DNA of 64,000 nucleotides, taken from the NCBI GenBank assembly GCA_019912545.1, contig JAIOIK010000036.1, forward strand, positions 5,159 through 69,158, read 5' to 3'. Positions 8,928 through 18,741 of this stretch are shown here, in pieces. A program made the position numbers and the translations under genes. Numbering within the stretch: position 1 is the stretch's first letter; every line of letters starts with the position of its first letter. The stretch is from Ignavibacteria bacterium (GTDB taxonomy: Bacteria > Bacteroidota > Ignavibacteria > Tepidaquicellales > OLB5). The notes beneath the pieces were generated by a model. That model was given only the letters and a program-made list of their open reading frames with translations, was not told the origin of the DNA and ran no database searches.

Positions 8928-9164
8928 ATGAAAGAATTTATCGAATACATTGCCAGGAGTTTAGTTGATGAGCCTGAAAAAGTGAGCGTTGAAGAATTGG
9001 TTGAGGAACACAGGATCACATTAAAGCTTCAAGTAACTAAAGATGATCTGGGTAAGGTCATAGGTAAACAAGGAAAGACTGCCAAATCCATGCGTTGGCT
9101 TTTTACTGCGTTTGCGGCAAAACATAACAAGAGCGGGCACCTTGAAATTGAAGAAGCAAAATGA
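8928..9164 (+). CDS. KH-domain RNA-binding protein (YlqC/UPF0109 family)
   Basis: Contains the GKVIGKQGKTAKS KH motif and sits in the conserved position after rpsP. ATG 8928 is preferred by spacing to the AAGGGG RBS; ATG 8922 is also possible. Confidence 0.85.
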   Translation: MKEFIEYIARSLVDEPEKVSVEELVEEHRITLKLQVTKDDLGKVIGKQGKTAKSMRWLFTAFAAKHNKSGHLEIEEAK

Positions 9165-9218
9165 TCGCTCATTCCCTTCTGAGAGTTTCACTTATCATGC
9201 GAGAATCTGTTATGAGCA

Positions 9219-9902
9219 ATGAGAATTGATGTGTTAAGTGCAGTTCCCGCACTTCTGGACTCCACCATAAACGAAAGCATTATTAAGAGGGCAAGATCCA
9301 GAAATCTGGCAGAGATCAACGTGCATAACCTAAGGGATTATGCAGATGGTAAATACCGGCAGGTTGATGACTCACCTTTTGGCGGCGGAGCAGGAATGGT
9401 TCTTAAACCCGAACCGATATTCAGATGCATGCAAAAGCTTTTGGGCGAAAGAGAATATGACGAGGTCATATACTTAACACCACAGGGAGTTAAGCTGAAC
9501 CAGAAAAAAGCAAATGTTCTTTCACTAAAAAGCAGCCTGATAATAATTTGCGGCCACTATAAAGGTATTGACCAGCGTGTTATAGAGAAGTTTGTTACAG
9601 AGGAAATATCAATTGGTGATTATGTATTAACAGGCGGCGAAACAGCAGCTGCAGTTCTGATAGATGCAGTTGTAAGATTGATACCGGGTGTTTTAAATGA
9701 CAGTGAATCGGCATTAACAGATTCATTCCAGACGGAATCAGGATTCGACTCCCCTGTTTACACGCGTCCTGCCGAATATGAAGGCATGAAAGTACCGGAA
9801 GTTTTGTTAAACGGAAACCACAAAGATATTGCCAGGTGGCGCGGCCAGGAAGGCTTAAAGAAGTACAATAAAGTAAAAAAGAAAAAATCAAATAACAAGT
9901 AA
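9219..9902 (+). CDS. trmD: tRNA (guanine37-N1)-methyltransferase
   Basis: 227 aa with DDSPFGGGAGMVLKPEP, CGHYKGIDQRV and GDYVLTGGE motifs. Confidence 0.95.
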   Translation: MRIDVLSAVPALLDSTINESIIKRARSRNLAEINVHNLRDYADGKYRQVDDSPFGGGAGMVLKPEPIFRCMQKLLGEREYDEVIYLTPQGVKLNQKKANVLSLKSSLIIICGHYKGIDQRVIEKFVTEEISIGDYVLTGGETAAAVLIDAVVRLIPGVLNDSESALTDSFQTESGFDSPVYTRPAEYEGMKVPEVLLNGNHKDIARWRGQEGLKKYNKVKKKKSNNK

Positions 9903-9920
9903 TATTCATAAGGAAATAAA

Positions 9921-10331
9921 ATGAACAAGATAAATTTAGTTACCGCAGCCCAGATGAGAACCGACCTGCCCCAGTTCCAGTCAGGTGATACTGTTAACGT
10001 GCATGTAAAGGTTATCGAAGGCGATAAAGAAAGAATTCAGCAGTACCAGGGTATCGTAATGGGTATCAAAGGTTCAGGTATCGGGAGAACTTTCAGGGTC
10101 AGAAAGATCTCTAACGGAGTTGGAGTTGAAAGGATATTCCCTATCCACTCACCTATTATCTCTAAAATTGAAAAGCTTAAAGAAGGAAAAGTAAGGCGCG
10201 CTAAGCTGTTTTACCTAAGGAGCCTCAAAGGTAAATCAGCTACTAAGATCAAAGAAAGGATCTCCCCTGAAATAGTTGCTCCTTCAAAAAAATCAGAGCC
10301 CGCAGTTGATAGCGCTCCCGCAGCAGATTAA
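9921..10331 (+). CDS. rplS: 50S ribosomal protein L19
   Basis: Shows [29 protein letters not shown] and [21 protein letters not shown]. Confidence 0.95.
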   Translation: MNKINLVTAAQMRTDLPQFQSGDTVNVHVKVIEGDKERIQQYQGIVMGIKGSGIGRTFRVRKISNGVGVERIFPIHSPIISKIEKLKEGKVRRAKLFYLRSLKGKSATKIKERISPEIVAPSKKSEPAVDSAPAAD

Positions 10332-10391
10332 GGATTAAACCACATTCGATAAATAATTGTGTAAACGCATTAATTAAAATGACACTCGTTA

Positions 10392-10424
10392 AACCGTTAA
10401 ACTTCATAGATTAACGGTTTTTCT
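10392..10424 (+). terminator. Rho-independent terminator after rplS
   Basis: AACCGTTAA-acttcataga-TTAACGGTT followed by TTTTC. Confidence 0.75.
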
Positions 10425-10437
10425 TGTAGAAATTGCT

Positions 10438-11061
10438 ATGAAGAAAGACAAGAAGTATTTTATATCGGTAGCGGGCAATATCGGCTCTGGGAAATCATCC
10501 CTTACCCGAATGATCGCAAAAGAATTCAAGTGGAATCCGTATTTTGAATCCGTCCAGAATAATCCATACTTATCGGATTTTTACAGTGATATGAAAAGAT
10601 GGAGCTTTCAATTGCAGGTCTTCTTTCTTTCACACAGGTTTAACGCGCATAAAAGAATAATCAATTCAAAGAAGTCTGTGATACAGGATAGGTCAATTTA
10701 TGAGGATGTAGAGATATTCGCACGGAATCTCTACCTAATGGGAAGAATGGAAAAGCGTGATTACAATAACTACCGCGCTTTGTTTTACGAGATGGTATCA
10801 TATCTCAAAGCCCCTGATCTTGTTGTGTATCTTAAGGCTGACCTGAAAACGCTTGTTAACCATATAAAGCTAAGAGGCAGGGAGTTTGAAAAGAGCATTG
10901 AGCGCTCTTACCTTGAGCGCCTTAACAGAAGCTATACTTCATGGATCAGGAATTATAACCAGGGCAAATTGCTTATAATAGAATCCGATGAGCTTGATTT
11001 CGTTAACAACCCCGATCATTTTAACATGATTATCAACAGTATTAAGAAGGAACTGAATTAA
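10438..11061 (+). CDS. Deoxynucleoside kinase (dAK/dGK/dCK family)
   Basis: P-loop GNIGSGKSS, DRSIYED and a LID-like KLRGREFE motif. Confidence 0.85.
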   Translation: MKKDKKYFISVAGNIGSGKSSLTRMIAKEFKWNPYFESVQNNPYLSDFYSDMKRWSFQLQVFFLSHRFNAHKRIINSKKSVIQDRSIYEDVEIFARNLYLMGRMEKRDYNNYRALFYEMVSYLKAPDLVVYLKADLKTLVNHIKLRGREFEKSIERSYLERLNRSYTSWIRNYNQGKLLIIESDELDFVNNPDHFNMIINSIKKELN

Positions 11062-11459
11062 TGAATGCTGTAATACTGGTTTCAATAGGCGAGCTTGTGG
11101 ATAAGATAACAATACTTGAGATCAAAAAGGAACGGATAAAAGATACAACAAAACTGCGTTATATTAACAAAGAAATGAAGCTGCTCAAATCATCACTATC
11201 AATAGCTTTGAAAGAAAACAAGCCTATCCAAAGAGATTTACTGAAGCTCAAACAAGATCTTTTTGCTATAAATTTACAGCTTTGGAATATCGAAAACATT
11301 ATCCGTAAACTTGAAGCGGATAAAGACTTTGGCAAAAAGTTCATCGCTAACGCAAGAAAAGTGTACCTTACAAATGATAAACGGTCTGCTTTAAAAAATG
11401 AGATCAACGGACTGTTTGGTTCATCGCTTAATGAAGTAAAGCAATACACGAAATATTAA
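11061..11459 (+). CDS. Conserved-looking helical hypothetical protein (132 aa)
   Basis: ORF with TAATG overlaps at both ends. The SIGELVDKITILEIK N-terminus looks helical/coiled. Confidence 0.6.
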   Translation: MNAVILVSIGELVDKITILEIKKERIKDTTKLRYINKEMKLLKSSLSIALKENKPIQRDLLKLKQDLFAINLQLWNIENIIRKLEADKDFGKKFIANARKVYLTNDKRSALKNEINGLFGSSLNEVKQYTKY

Positions 11460-12046
11460 TGAAGTATATATCTTACTTAATATTTGTTATATTTATCGCA
11501 GTATTGCTCTATTTTCTCAATAACGCTCTTGAACCCAAGTCCGAAGTTCTTCATATAACGGGTTCTGCAAAATGCGGCGAGTGCCACCAGTTGAAAAATA
11601 TCGGCGACCAGCAAAGTCTCTGGAAGAGCTCAAAACACTCGGAAGCATACCAAACACTACTATCAACCGAGGCAACAAACTTTGCAAAAAGCAATAATAT
11701 AGAAGAACCTGTTAAGAACAGACTTTGTTTAAAATGTCATACAACAGAGTTTCATTTTGAAGGTACACCGAAAACAAGTGGTTATGATATAAATGAAGGC
11801 GTTGGCTGCGAATCATGCCACGGCGCGGGCTCAAAGTACTCACCTGCATGGATAATGAAAGATGAAAATCTTTTCAAAAGTAGTGGAGGAATCAAAGGAG
11901 ACGAAAGTTCATGCAAGCCCTGCCACTCGTTAAAAGGAAATAAGGAAAAGAAGATATCAGAAAATATATGCCCGTTCCAAACCGAAGATTTTGATTACAG
12001 AACTGAATTTCAAAAGATCATACATCCTTTAAATAAAGATAAGTAA
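11459..12046 (+). CDS. Membrane-anchored tetraheme c-type cytochrome
   Basis: N-terminal TM helix and four CxxCH motifs (CGECH, CLKCH, CESCH, CKPCH). Confidence 0.85.
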   Translation: MKYISYLIFVIFIAVLLYFLNNALEPKSEVLHITGSAKCGECHQLKNIGDQQSLWKSSKHSEAYQTLLSTEATNFAKSNNIEEPVKNRLCLKCHTTEFHFEGTPKTSGYDINEGVGCESCHGAGSKYSPAWIMKDENLFKSSGGIKGDESSCKPCHSLKGNKEKKISENICPFQTEDFDYRTEFQKIIHPLNKDK

Positions 12047-12062
12047 TTCAACAATATTTTAA

Positions 12063-12893
12063 ATGACTAAATTGCCGCAAAAATATGATGAAGCATCCCG
12101 CCCGATAGGTGTATTTGATTCCGGTGTTGGCGGCCTTACGGTTGTGAAAGAACTCAATAAGCTTCTGCCGAATGAAAAAATAGTTTACTTTGGTGATACT
12201 GGCAGAGTGCCTTATGGCAATAAATCACGCGAGACGATAATACATTATTCGCTCCAGGTAGCTTATTTTTTGATGAAGAAGAAAATAAAGATGTTGGTAG
12301 TAGCCTGCAATACAGCCTCATCAGTTTCACTCCCAACTTTAAAAAGGCATTTTCACATTCCGATAATAGGTGTAATTGAGCCAGGAGCTAAAACAGCAAT
12401 CGAAACTACTAAAACCGGAAAAATAGGTGTAATAGGCACACTCGGAACAGTTAGAAGTAATTCATATAAAAAAGCATTAAAGAAAATTAAGAAGAATGTG
12501 AATGTTTTACAGGATCCATGCCCGCTGTTTGTTCATTTGGCTGAGGACGGCTGGAATAAGAATAAGATAGCTCAAATGGTGTCAGATGAGTATCTGAAAA
12601 TATTTGAAGGAAAAGGAATTGATACTCTTATTCTTGGATGTACTCACTATCCCCTCCTTAAAGATGTTATTCAAAGATCAGTTGGCAAGAAAGTTCAGTT
12701 AATAGATTCCGGTAAAGAAACTGCAAAGGAAGTTGAACAGATACTCAGTAAAAAGAGTTTATTGAATCCATACAAGATGACCGAGAAGAACCACTCTGTC
12801 TTTTATGTGTCAGATTTCCCTCACAAATTCAAAGAAGTCAGCCAGCGATTTCTTTCAAAAGAATTAAAACATGTACACAAGGTCATATTATAA
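12063..12893 (+). CDS. murI: Glutamate racemase
   Basis: GVFDSGVGGLTV, the VVACNTAS cysteine motif and LGCTHYPLL. Confidence 0.93.
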   Translation: MTKLPQKYDEASRPIGVFDSGVGGLTVVKELNKLLPNEKIVYFGDTGRVPYGNKSRETIIHYSLQVAYFLMKKKIKMLVVACNTASSVSLPTLKRHFHIPIIGVIEPGAKTAIETTKTGKIGVIGTLGTVRSNSYKKALKKIKKNVNVLQDPCPLFVHLAEDGWNKNKIAQMVSDEYLKIFEGKGIDTLILGCTHYPLLKDVIQRSVGKKVQLIDSGKETAKEVEQILSKKSLLNPYKMTEKNHSVFYVSDFPHKFKEVSQRFLSKELKHVHKVIL

Positions 12894-12910
12894 ATTAAAT
12901 AATAATTGAT

Positions 12911-13495
12911 TTGAACGACAAAGATATTAAACAAATATTCAAAGATTCGAACGCATTTCTGGAAGGACATTTTGTACTGACTTCCGGAATGCACAGCCCG
13001 CATTACATAGAAAAGTTCAGAGTGCTTGAGCGTCCTGAATACACCGAAATATTATGTAAAGAGCTTGCTGATAAGTTCAGGAAGGAAGGCATTACTATTG
13101 TTGTTGGACCCATGACCGGAGGCATAATCCTTGCGCATGAGGTCGGTAAGAACCTGGAAACAATTGCAATTTTCACCGAGCGTGTTGAGGGGAAAATGAA
13201 ATTCCGCAGAGGGTTTCACATAGACGAGCATGACAAAGTGCTGATTGTTGAAGATATTATTACAACAGGCGGAAGCGTGCATGAAGTTATGGAAGCAATT
13301 TACGAATTGAGAGGAAAAGATTTTGAAGGAATTGCAGGAGTTGGCGCGCTTATAGATAGATCAAACGGAATAGCAGATTTCGGAGTACCATTCAAACCGC
13401 TATTGGTGATGGATGTCGTTTCATATAAAGCAGAAGACTGCCCTTTATGCAAGAAGAAAATACCGATCACTAAACCCGGAAGCTCAGGAAAATAA
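12911..13495 (+). CDS. pyrE: Orotate phosphoribosyltransferase
   Basis: TTG start. PRPP-binding motif VLIVEDIITTGGS and the GHFVLTSGMHS N-terminus. Confidence 0.9.
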   Translation: MNDKDIKQIFKDSNAFLEGHFVLTSGMHSPHYIEKFRVLERPEYTEILCKELADKFRKEGITIVVGPMTGGIILAHEVGKNLETIAIFTERVEGKMKFRRGFHIDEHDKVLIVEDIITTGGSVHEVMEAIYELRGKDFEGIAGVGALIDRSNGIADFGVPFKPLLVMDVVSYKAEDCPLCKKKIPITKPGSSGK

Positions 13496-13506
13496 TTTAA
13501 GGAATC

Positions 13507-13908
13507 TTAGAACTCTTTTTCAAATACTTTTACAGGTTTATCCGTTGTATCAACCTGCAGCCACTTCAGTGCATTTGTTTCATCATAAAAGAAAAGCATC
13601 TTGAATCCCCTGTTGAATGAAGCATTTTCGAAAAAGTCATTGTTATCTTTATTTTTTCCCACATCAAGGATTGCGAACTGAATATATTTCCTGTTTGGAT
13701 CAAAACTCTCTATTCGTTTTAGCCCGTTAAAAACACCGAATCTTTGTTTGAACTTTCGCATATCAAATAAAACTCTATCAATTCCGTTTGCATCTATTAC
13801 ACTATCCATATCATTTGATATTTCAGAGAATTGCTCTAATGGCAACTCTCCGGACAGTTCAACCCTAAGGAAACTGCCACTCAATTCATATTTAATTTTA
13901 TATTTCAT
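13507..13908 (-). CDS. Hypothetical protein (133 aa), possibly STAS/SpoIIAA-like
   Basis: ORF only. The fold guess rests on the alternating beta/alpha-looking pattern and is weak. Confidence 0.5.
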   Translation of the reverse strand: MKYKIKYELSGSFLRVELSGELPLEQFSEISNDMDSVIDANGIDRVLFDMRKFKQRFGVFNGLKRIESFDPNRKYIQFAILDVGKNKDNNDFFENASFNRGFKMLFFYDETNALKWLQVDTTDKPVKVFEKEF

Positions 13909-14075
13909 TTGAAGTATTGATATTTTAATGAAATAACTATGAGTTGTTACTCAAAATTAGTCAATAATTAAGCAGTTTTCAAGTGGTATTTGTTAATGAA
14001 AAGCATTAGCGGGCAAATCAAATAATTAATGAATATGTTAATTTAACAGCTTAATTATATCTAACTTGGATCAAA

Positions 14076-15536
14076 CTATTGATTTATTTCACTTATCTTA
14101 AGGGCAAGCCAGTCTTTTTCAAGAATGCTCGTTTTGTCATAAAAGTCCTTCGTTATCCTTCCGGAATTTTCCGGGTTCTTACTCAGTTTCAGGTCCAGAA
14201 GCCGTTTCAATATATCAAGAAATGCGCCCGCCCTTTCTCTGTATCTAAGCGATATAAATTTATTGGACGAAATGAAATGTTTATATGTATCTATAAGCGA
14301 ATAGGCCTCATCAAAACAATTTAAAGCGTAATAAATTTTAAGATGCAGTGTTTTAATGTCAATCTTAAAATGAAATAATTCATAATCAATCTTAACGAGC
14401 TTCTCAAGAGATCTCTCGAATTCCCCTTTCTCAAACAACAGCAATGCATTGGCAAGATTGCCCATACTCTTACGTGAATCGGGAGGTAACTCCTGCATGT
14501 ATCTTTCCAGAAATCCTTCAAGCCATGAATACTCTTTTAAAGCAATTCCTGTGTGAACAATATTTCTGAATATCCTTAGAATAAACTGTCCACCCGGATA
14601 GTATGAATACAGTTTCTTTTCAAGCATTTCTTTGTATACATCAAATAATTCCTTAGAAAATTCCTGTCTGCCGGATTCTATCTTTAAGGTACAAATAGCC
14701 TCGAACATTGAGTAATAATTCACCTGCTCTACAAATGAAAACTTATGAGTTTCATTTTTCAGCAAAGTTCTGAATTCAGTAAAGTACATATCATTTTCGG
14801 GATGCAGGAATGCCATCGATTCATAATAGTTGATCGCAATAACAGGATAATTTCCATTATTGGAAGTTTTCAAATGCTGAATAAATGTTTCGAGATCTAT
14901 ATTTAGAATAAGTCGATTAAAGTCGCTTTTTGAATAGTCAACATTGAAATTTTTTTCATAAAGTTTCAGATCCATCATCCCTTTTGAAAGCAAGATTGTC
15001 ATGTGATATGAAATATTATCCGTCCTTTTTAGAATAGTCTCAGATGCAAGGTGATCCTGATGCGTGTAACTGTATGCAGCACTTTTGTGTCTTTCGATCA
15101 GAAATTTTTTCCAGAAAAAAAATTCTGAATCACCGTTAAAAAGTTTAAATTTTTCTTCGATTAACTGCAATTTCTTAGCTGCTAAACCGTGAAGCCCTCT
15201 ATCTGATAAGCTTATTATGAGTGACATCTCCGGGTAAAAATCATCTCTTCTTAATCCGACATATGCAATATAGTCTTCAGCCAGTTTCGTTAAGAAAGAT
15301 GCAAGCTTTCTAATTGCTGAATCATCATATTCTTTCGAAGGATAAAGTTTCCTGAATAACTCATACTTACTGAATTTATTTGAATCAAAACCGGGGTAGA
15401 ATAACTTGATAATCTCAAAAAACTTTATTACTTCTTTCCTTCCGTTATGGAACGGTGATGCAACAAACTTCCCGAATTCTCGAAATTCTAACGGCTCAAA
15501 GGTTTTTAGTAGTATAATCAAAGAAGATTTATGCAT
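14076..15536 (-). CDS. Hypothetical helical-repeat (TPR-like) protein, about 487 aa
   Basis: Long ORF. I prefer ATG 15536 (MHKSSLIILLKTFEPLEFREF...) over the upstream ATG at 15713, whose extra residues look non-coding. Confidence 0.6.
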   Translation of the reverse strand: MHKSSLIILLKTFEPLEFREFGKFVASPFHNGRKEVIKFFEIIKLFYPGFDSNKFSKYELFRKLYPSKEYDDSAIRKLASFLTKLAEDYIAYVGLRRDDFYPEMSLIISLSDRGLHGLAAKKLQLIEEKFKLFNGDSEFFFWKKFLIERHKSAAYSYTHQDHLASETILKRTDNISYHMTILLSKGMMDLKLYEKNFNVDYSKSDFNRLILNIDLETFIQHLKTSNNGNYPVIAINYYESMAFLHPENDMYFTEFRTLLKNETHKFSFVEQVNYYSMFEAICTLKIESGRQEFSKELFDVYKEMLEKKLYSYYPGGQFILRIFRNIVHTGIALKEYSWLEGFLERYMQELPPDSRKSMGNLANALLLFEKGEFERSLEKLVKIDYELFHFKIDIKTLHLKIYYALNCFDEAYSLIDTYKHFISSNKFISLRYRERAGAFLDILKRLLDLKLSKNPENSGRITKDFYDKTSILEKDWLALKISEINQ

Positions 15537-15868
15537 TTTTTTGTGACAATTGATTGAATGAATTAGCCTAAAATATGTTTTTTTTCTATGAAATGCTATA
15601 ATTTTCGATATAAGAAATGCGACATTATAGAAATAAATTCTTTGCAGAGTCAGGTTTGGATTGCTTAAATTTGCAGCAACAAAATAAGGCAGGGCAGAAC
15701 ACATTGATCTCAATCAAATCGTATAACACGTTTCATTATTATATGCCGTTCTTATCAGAGCAGGTGGAATATGTTCATCCATTCACAGAGATAGACTGCC
15801 CTGTCTTTTCTCTGCCTGCCTGTAAGGCGGCTTTTTAAATAGATCATTAAATATAGAGGAGACTAATT

Positions 15869-17503
15869 TTGAAAACAATTCTGAAAGCAGCATCAGTTTT
15901 TTTGTTAGCAGTTTCTGTTCTATTTCCCATGAATTTCAGCTTTAGCAAAACTGCTCTCATAGAATTCGAAAAAAGAACAACACACACAGTTGATCTTTTT
16001 GAGCAGGCTGAAGACTATTTTGATACCGGATTAAGCAAAGCAGTCGATCAATATCAGATACTGCGAATAGATGCAAATGAACTAAATGATATTAATAAAT
16101 CAAAACCGGCTAATATCACATTTCTTATTCCGGTTTCTAAAAACAAAAAGTTAGAATGTGTTTTGTCAATTTCGGAGTTACTCTCTGATGATTTCAAAAC
16201 AGGGACTAATTCACGGTCGGGAACATATTATTTTGATTATAAGAAAGGTTTATATTACAGCGGAGTAATTAAGGATGTTCAAGGGTCAATAGTTAATATC
16301 AATATTTTTGATTCTCACATTATCGGAATCATTTCTGATGGTACAGGTAATTATAATTTAACTCCGCTGAATTCCGGAAAAAACAATGAGTACATTTATT
16401 TTAACGACAGGAATTTAAAAGAAAACAGTGATTTCTCATGCGGAGTAGATGACAATAACGGTATGTTTAACCGGAACGCTACAAAGCGAAATAATCTTCA
16501 TGGTAATTTAGTTAGAGAGTTCCGTGGAGGAAATGCAAGGATATATTTTGAGTGCGATTACAAAATGTATCTGGATTTTGGAAGCAGTGTTGATAGTGTT
16601 TTGAATTATGTTACTGCATTCTTTAATTCAGTCAAGACACTGTATCAAAATGAAAACATCCCTGTTGTGATTTCTGAGGTTAATATATGGACAACTCAGG
16701 ATCCATACCTTGCATATCCGAATACTCTAAGTATTCTGAAAAGATTCAGCCATGAAAAACAGAACAACTTTAACGGAGATCTGGCTCATTTAATCTCAAC
16801 CAGATTACCTAATATCGGAGGTATTGCCTGGCTGAATGTTCTGTGTTATCCTTATCTTGCATCAGATTCTGCGGGCCCTGCGGGATTCAGTTCAATTTTT
16901 ACGACATTTGAACCTTTTCCGGTGTTCTCTTATACAGTACAGGTTGTAACCCATGAATTAGGTCACAATTTTGGATCACGACATACACACGCTTGTGTTT
17001 GGCCACTACCACAAGGAGGATTCGGAGCATTGGACAGTTGTTATACAGTTGAAGGTAATTGTTATGCAGGTCCTGTTATTGGAAGAGCAGGAACAATAAT
17101 GAGTTATTGTTTATTTGCGCAGGGAGGTAGTATTGATTTCACTCTAGGTTTTGGACCGAGACCGGGAGATACGATCCGTGCAGGTTATAGCCTGGCACCT
17201 TGTATTATTGGGATACAAAGTATCTCAGATGAGATCCCTGAACAGTTTGAGCTTTTGCAGAATTATCCTAACCCCTTCAATCCAACAACAACTATAAGTT
17301 TCAATCTTCCTGAATCTGGGATTGTAAAACTGGAAGTTTATGATATTAACGGTAAATTATCAGAAATGCTCTTTGAAGGAGAGCTTCATGCAGGAAAGTA
17401 TGAAACAAGCTGGAATGCTGAATTATTTGCCAGCGGCATCTACTTTTACAGAATAACAACAAAGGAATTTAGTTTGACTAAGAAAATGGTTCTAATAAAA
17501 TAA
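15869..17503 (+). CDS. Secreted zinc metalloprotease (reprolysin/M12B-like HExxHxxGxxH) with a T9SS C-terminal sorting domain
   Basis: TTG start after an AGGAG RBS, then a signal peptide. Contains HELGHNFGSRHTH. C-terminus is NYPNPFNPTTTISF...GIYFYRI...KKMVLIK. Confidence 0.85.
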   Translation: MKTILKAASVFLLAVSVLFPMNFSFSKTALIEFEKRTTHTVDLFEQAEDYFDTGLSKAVDQYQILRIDANELNDINKSKPANITFLIPVSKNKKLECVLSISELLSDDFKTGTNSRSGTYYFDYKKGLYYSGVIKDVQGSIVNINIFDSHIIGIISDGTGNYNLTPLNSGKNNEYIYFNDRNLKENSDFSCGVDDNNGMFNRNATKRNNLHGNLVREFRGGNARIYFECDYKMYLDFGSSVDSVLNYVTAFFNSVKTLYQNENIPVVISEVNIWTTQDPYLAYPNTLSILKRFSHEKQNNFNGDLAHLISTRLPNIGGIAWLNVLCYPYLASDSAGPAGFSSIFTTFEPFPVFSYTVQVVTHELGHNFGSRHTHACVWPLPQGGFGALDSCYTVEGNCYAGPVIGRAGTIMSYCLFAQGGSIDFTLGFGPRPGDTIRAGYSLAPCIIGIQSISDEIPEQFELLQNYPNPFNPTTTISFNLPESGIVKLEVYDINGKLSEMLFEGELHAGKYETSWNAELFASGIYFYRITTKEFSLTKKMVLIK

Positions 17504-17517
17504 CACAAAAATAAATT

Positions 17518-18729
17518 ATGAAAATATTTAGATTTCCAGCACTTTTGATATTCTTGTCCGGAACATTATTTACTCAAGGCTGGTTTGCTCAAAACAGCGG
17601 GACCCCAAATAATTTAAGCGCTGTTTACTTTGTAAATGATAACACCGGGTGGGCTGTTGGTGATGTTGGAACTATCAGAAAAACAACGAATGGAGGAACT
17701 AACTGGGTAGCGCAAACAGGCACCAGCGCTATGAGTTCAGTATATTTTCTTGATGCATTGACAGGCTGGGCATGCGGACCGGGCGGGTTGATAATTACTA
17801 CTTCAAACGGAGGAACCAATTGGTTCACTCAAACCAGTGGAACTTCAGTACATTTACGCGCAATTTACTTTATCAATTCGATCAAAGGCTGGGTGGCCGG
17901 TGATCTCGGCGTGATCAGGGCAACAACTAACGGCGGTGCAAACTGGAACGCACAAACCAGCGGCGTTGGTGATGGATTGTTCAGCATTTGCATAATGAGT
18001 GAAACTACCGGGTTTATCTCCGGTTCAAGCGGTATCATTCTTAAGACGGTAAACGGCGGCACAAACTGGATACTTCAAAACAGTACAACAACAAATCCTT
18101 TGTATTCAATCAATTTTATAAATCTTTTCACAGGATGGGCTGTTGGCTACCAGGGGACAATCCGTAAATCAACTGATGGTGGAATGAACTGGTCATCACA
18201 AACAAGTCCCTCAAGCAGCTGGCTATATGGTGTTCAGTTTGTTAATGACCAGACCGGTTGGGCAATCGGTACAGCCGGTGCTGTTCTAAAAACTCAAAAC
18301 TCAGGCACAAACTGGCTCATACAAACAAGCGGTGTAGGAGACAACCTTTATGGACTTCGTTTTTCAAGTTCAACAACAGGCTATTCCGTTGGAACAACGG
18401 GCAGGATAATCAAAACCACAAATGGAGGAGTCACATTCATAAAAACAGTTAGTTCTGAGATTCCTGTAAAGTATTTATTGATGCAGAATTATCCCAACCC
18501 TTTTAATCCATCAACTACTATAAACTTTAATATTCCTGAATCTGGAATTGTAAAACTTGAAGTTTACGATATTAACGGTAAATTATCAGAGATGCTTTTT
18601 GATGGAGAGCTTCAGGCCGGAAAGTATGAAACAAGCTGGAATGCTGAATTATTTGCCAGCGGTATCTACTTTTACAGAATTACAACAGAGGAATTTAGTT
18701 TGACCAAAAAAATGGTTCTGGTAAAATAA
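17518..18729 (+). CDS. BNR/Ycf48-like beta-propeller repeat protein with a T9SS C-terminal sorting domain
   Basis: Signal peptide, about 8 repeats of 'T(T/S)NGGTNW...Q', and C-terminal NYPNPFNPSTTINF...KKMVLVK. Confidence 0.85.
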   Translation: MKIFRFPALLIFLSGTLFTQGWFAQNSGTPNNLSAVYFVNDNTGWAVGDVGTIRKTTNGGTNWVAQTGTSAMSSVYFLDALTGWACGPGGLIITTSNGGTNWFTQTSGTSVHLRAIYFINSIKGWVAGDLGVIRATTNGGANWNAQTSGVGDGLFSICIMSETTGFISGSSGIILKTVNGGTNWILQNSTTTNPLYSINFINLFTGWAVGYQGTIRKSTDGGMNWSSQTSPSSSWLYGVQFVNDQTGWAIGTAGAVLKTQNSGTNWLIQTSGVGDNLYGLRFSSSTTGYSVGTTGRIIKTTNGGVTFIKTVSSEIPVKYLLMQNYPNPFNPSTTINFNIPESGIVKLEVYDINGKLSEMLFDGELQAGKYETSWNAELFASGIYFYRITTEEFSLTKKMVLVK

Positions 18730-18741
18730 ACAAAAATCAAA

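Noticed and set aside
9165-9218. Absence of rimM between the KH-protein gene and trmD
   Set aside because: The 54-nt gap cannot hide a gene. rimM is probably encoded elsewhere, so I treat this as lineage-specific operon variation rather than an anomaly worth following.
15617-15838. 73-aa ORF in the divergent spacer upstream of the metalloprotease gene
   Set aside because: It has no RBS, and it spans sequence better explained as promoter region and GC hairpin repeat. Its amino-acid composition is implausible.
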